Positions 62,003-64,000 of a stretch of DNA of 64,000 nucleotides are shown here, piece by piece (the first letter of the stretch is position 1; each line of letters opens with the position of its first letter). This DNA comes from Microcoleaceae cyanobacterium (GTDB lineage: Bacteria > Cyanobacteriota > Cyanobacteriia > Cyanobacteriales > Microcoleaceae). The notes under the pieces are model-generated. The model worked only from the letters and a program-made list of their open reading frames with translations. It did not search any database and was not told the DNA's origin. A program made the translations under genes and the position numbers. The DNA lies in assembly GCA_051652765.1 (NCBI GenBank), contig JBOFUV010000019.1, forward strand, positions 1 to 64,000. The letters are read 5' to 3'.

Positions 62003-62395
62003 ATGAATGCTGATAGCTTGACTCAGATGCTTCAAAAAGGGCTCCATGTTACGTTGGGTGCGGTATCCTCCCTTGTTGAAGCCCTACAGAATCCGCAAAG
62101 GCGTGAGGAAGATCTGGAGAAGATCCAATCACAACTGAATCAACTAGCAGAAGAATGGGCAGAGAAAGGAGCTGTTACCGAGCAGGAAGCGCGAAATTTT
62201 GTAGATACTCTTTTGGCAAGACGGCAGGATACTCAAAGTTATTCCAGGCCAAATTCTTCTGGACAATCTACAGCGACGACAGCCTCTGCAACGGTTGCAG
62301 ACCCTGAGCCTGTTGAGAATATTCAGGAACTGACAACACAAATTGCAGCACTCCGGGAAGAACTAGAGCGCTTACGAGAAACAGAGTCAAATTAG
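62003..62395 (+). CDS. Helical hypothetical protein (phasin-like)
   Basis: QKGLHVTLGA..KGAVTEQEARNFVD and a C-terminal coiled coil. Confidence 0.75.
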   Translation: MNADSLTQMLQKGLHVTLGAVSSLVEALQNPQRREEDLEKIQSQLNQLAEEWAEKGAVTEQEARNFVDTLLARRQDTQSYSRPNSSGQSTATTASATVADPEPVENIQELTTQIAALREELERLRETESN

Positions 62396-62884
62396 TGAAT
62401 TCAAGCCATTCAAATTAGTGATCATCTCACCTAAATAGCTGAAGGCTCACTAACTAATCCATTGACTCTAGTAAGCAAATCTGTTATGTTTTTGTTTCCA
62501 AATCTGACTATCATCCAGAGGTTGATAGTAGATAGCTCATGGAACCTACAACAATTCTCAACTCAATAATTCTCAATTCAATAGACCTCCAGTAGGATGG
62601 AGAGTATAGGATTGAAGCTAACCCAGTAAAAACTGCTACAAGTGAGAAGCTGTCGGTTAATGCCTTTGGAAACCAAAAACCATTAACGCTAATCTCCCAA
62701 AAGATGGATTCGAGGCGTTGCAGCTTTAGACTAAAATCAAACAAACCCAAAGATTGGTCTAGAAGTTAATTAACATTAGTAAAAAACCCTTCACCTCGAG
62801 TTCTAAAGTTTCCTAGAAATCCACCTAGATTTTCGTCAATCCTTTTTCTCAATTCTATTTAGCCGTTGGGTTGAGCGGTTATAC

Positions 62885-63109
62885 TTAGTCGTTGTCCCAT
62901 TTTTCTGAGCCAACGAGATCGCCAATACAATCTCGGAGAAGAAAGTCACACGCTTCTAGTTCCCCTTCAACACAGACCCACTCACGAGCTGGAACGTATT
63001 GACAGAGGGTGTAGATAGGTTGATTTCGACTCACTACTCCCCGATTCAGAAGCTCACGAGCTTCATCTCGGATTGTTTCTAAGGAATACTGCACCGTGGC
63101 GTAAGTCAT
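62885..63109 (-). CDS. DUF4327-family protein
   Basis: YSLETIRDEAR..QPIYTLCQYVPAREW..DFLLRD..W signature. Confidence 0.88.
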   Translation of the reverse strand: MTYATVQYSLETIRDEARELLNRGVVSRNQPIYTLCQYVPAREWVCVEGELEACDFLLRDCIGDLVGSEKWDND

Positions 63110-63611
63110 GATCTTGCCTCACTTGCTGCTAATTTAGAGAGCTTGCAGCCCTTTAATTAATATAGTCGAAAATCGAGGTTTGTGGAAGTAAAATTTTCAG
63201 TATACACGCATACAAACATTTAAATGTTTTCAAAATCTAAATGTTTTGAAACGGATTTTTTGAGGTTTGTAAACTTTTGCATACAAAAAGTCACCTTGGT
63301 TTATCAACATATGCTGCCATCGATGCAGCTCAGCTTGAAAGCGATACTGACCTGAATATGACCTTCTGACTGCAAAAGGCAAGATCCAGGTCAGGCAGGT
63401 TCGCAAGCCCTAATATTCTGCAAGTCTATGAGAACAATTGAACCTAAAAAGAGTTGAAAACAAAACTTCTACTCCCTAGGATTATTGATATAATCTTCAA
63501 CTTTTCTCGGCTTTGACTGAATAAACAAGTCCAATCTCCGAACAAACCAAAAAGTTTTAACTAGACTTCGGTCTTAATCTCACTTTTCTCAAACGTTATA
63601 TGCTGAACCCA

Positions 63612-64000
63612 CTACAACCCAAATAATCTTTCTAGTGAAACCTTTTGTGCAATTGAGATCTGACCATATGAAAAGACGCAGGGCACATCACTAGGGATCT
63701 CTAAAGCAAACTGTTTCATCACATAGGGACTACCATACACCACTAAGGCGAGTAAGCGATCAATACTTAATAATCCTTTAACCCAAGTCTGAGCAATTTT
63801 GGTCAACTCTGTGCTGCTGCGGAATGGATTTCCCCGAACAAAGACTTGCACCAGGGTGGGAGGATGAGAGGAGTCAAAGGCACTAGGGCTGCAGGGAGTA
63901 TGACAATCAATCAGATGTAGGTCATAGCCCCATTGAGCTGGGAGAGCGATCGCGGGAGTCTGTCGATCTAAAAACCGAGCCTCCAGCAAGCTATCCACAA
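63612..64000 (-). CDS. 3' end of a glycoside hydrolase family 3 protein (partial; starts beyond the window)
   Basis: LVQVFVRGNPFR..ALVVYGSPY..FSYGQ C-terminal pattern; the frame is open to the window edge. Confidence 0.65.
   Translation of the reverse strand, partial: VDSLLEARFLDRQTPAIALPAQWGYDLHLIDCHTPCSPSAFDSSHPPTLVQVFVRGNPFRSSTELTKIAQTWVKGLLSIDRLLALVVYGSPYVMKQFALEIPSDVPCVFSYGQISIAQKVSLERLFGL

Larger units (their letters stand above)
4048..63953. repeat. HIP1 octamer GCGATCGC, dispersed (about 50 copies by eye)
   Basis: Examples at 4048, 4389, 8085, 47564, 52771 and 63946; a cyanobacterial hallmark. Confidence 0.95.

Noticed and set aside
62511..62750. 79-aa - strand ORF
   Set aside because: Non-ATG start, includes a short tandem duplication and has no recognisable motif; probably intergenic.

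Overview
This is cyanobacterial chromosomal DNA: it carries roughly 50 HIP1 octamers (GCGATCGC, counted by eye), psbY, an hli gene, hemH with a CAB domain, and groEL2 with a CIRCE operator. Most of the window is housekeeping or common accessory content: a HetZ-like regulator, mtnD plus a RuBisCO-like mtnW, ctpB, rsmI, aroH, sppA, mlaE, a sugar ABC operon, clpS, adenylate cyclase, EF-hand transaldolase, glgP, chrA, cofH, and a cobalamin riboswitch-hupE-cobW unit. Two parts stand out. (1) Positions 1-~2570 look like the right end of an integrated small prophage-like element. It has six tightly packed + strand genes ending in two membrane proteins and a stand-alone C39 peptidase, and it abuts a host GNAT gene that appears truncated at the junction. 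(2) Positions 48348-51839 encode a 1163-aa extremely acidic repeat protein with (DDDDS)n and (DDGT)n tracts, two helical repeat families and an EF-hand-like loop. It has no signal peptide or RTX repeats and lies upstream of an orphan PhnD-like lipoprotein and a histidine kinase, making it a candidate Ca-binding or mineral-interacting surface protein. Also present are a deletion scar (DUF697-like/lipase), an orphan NHLP-type exporter, MITE-like elements and many 12-18 bp tandem repeats. No rRNA, tRNA or CRISPR array was seen. All family assignments come from motif recognition by eye, not from database searches.
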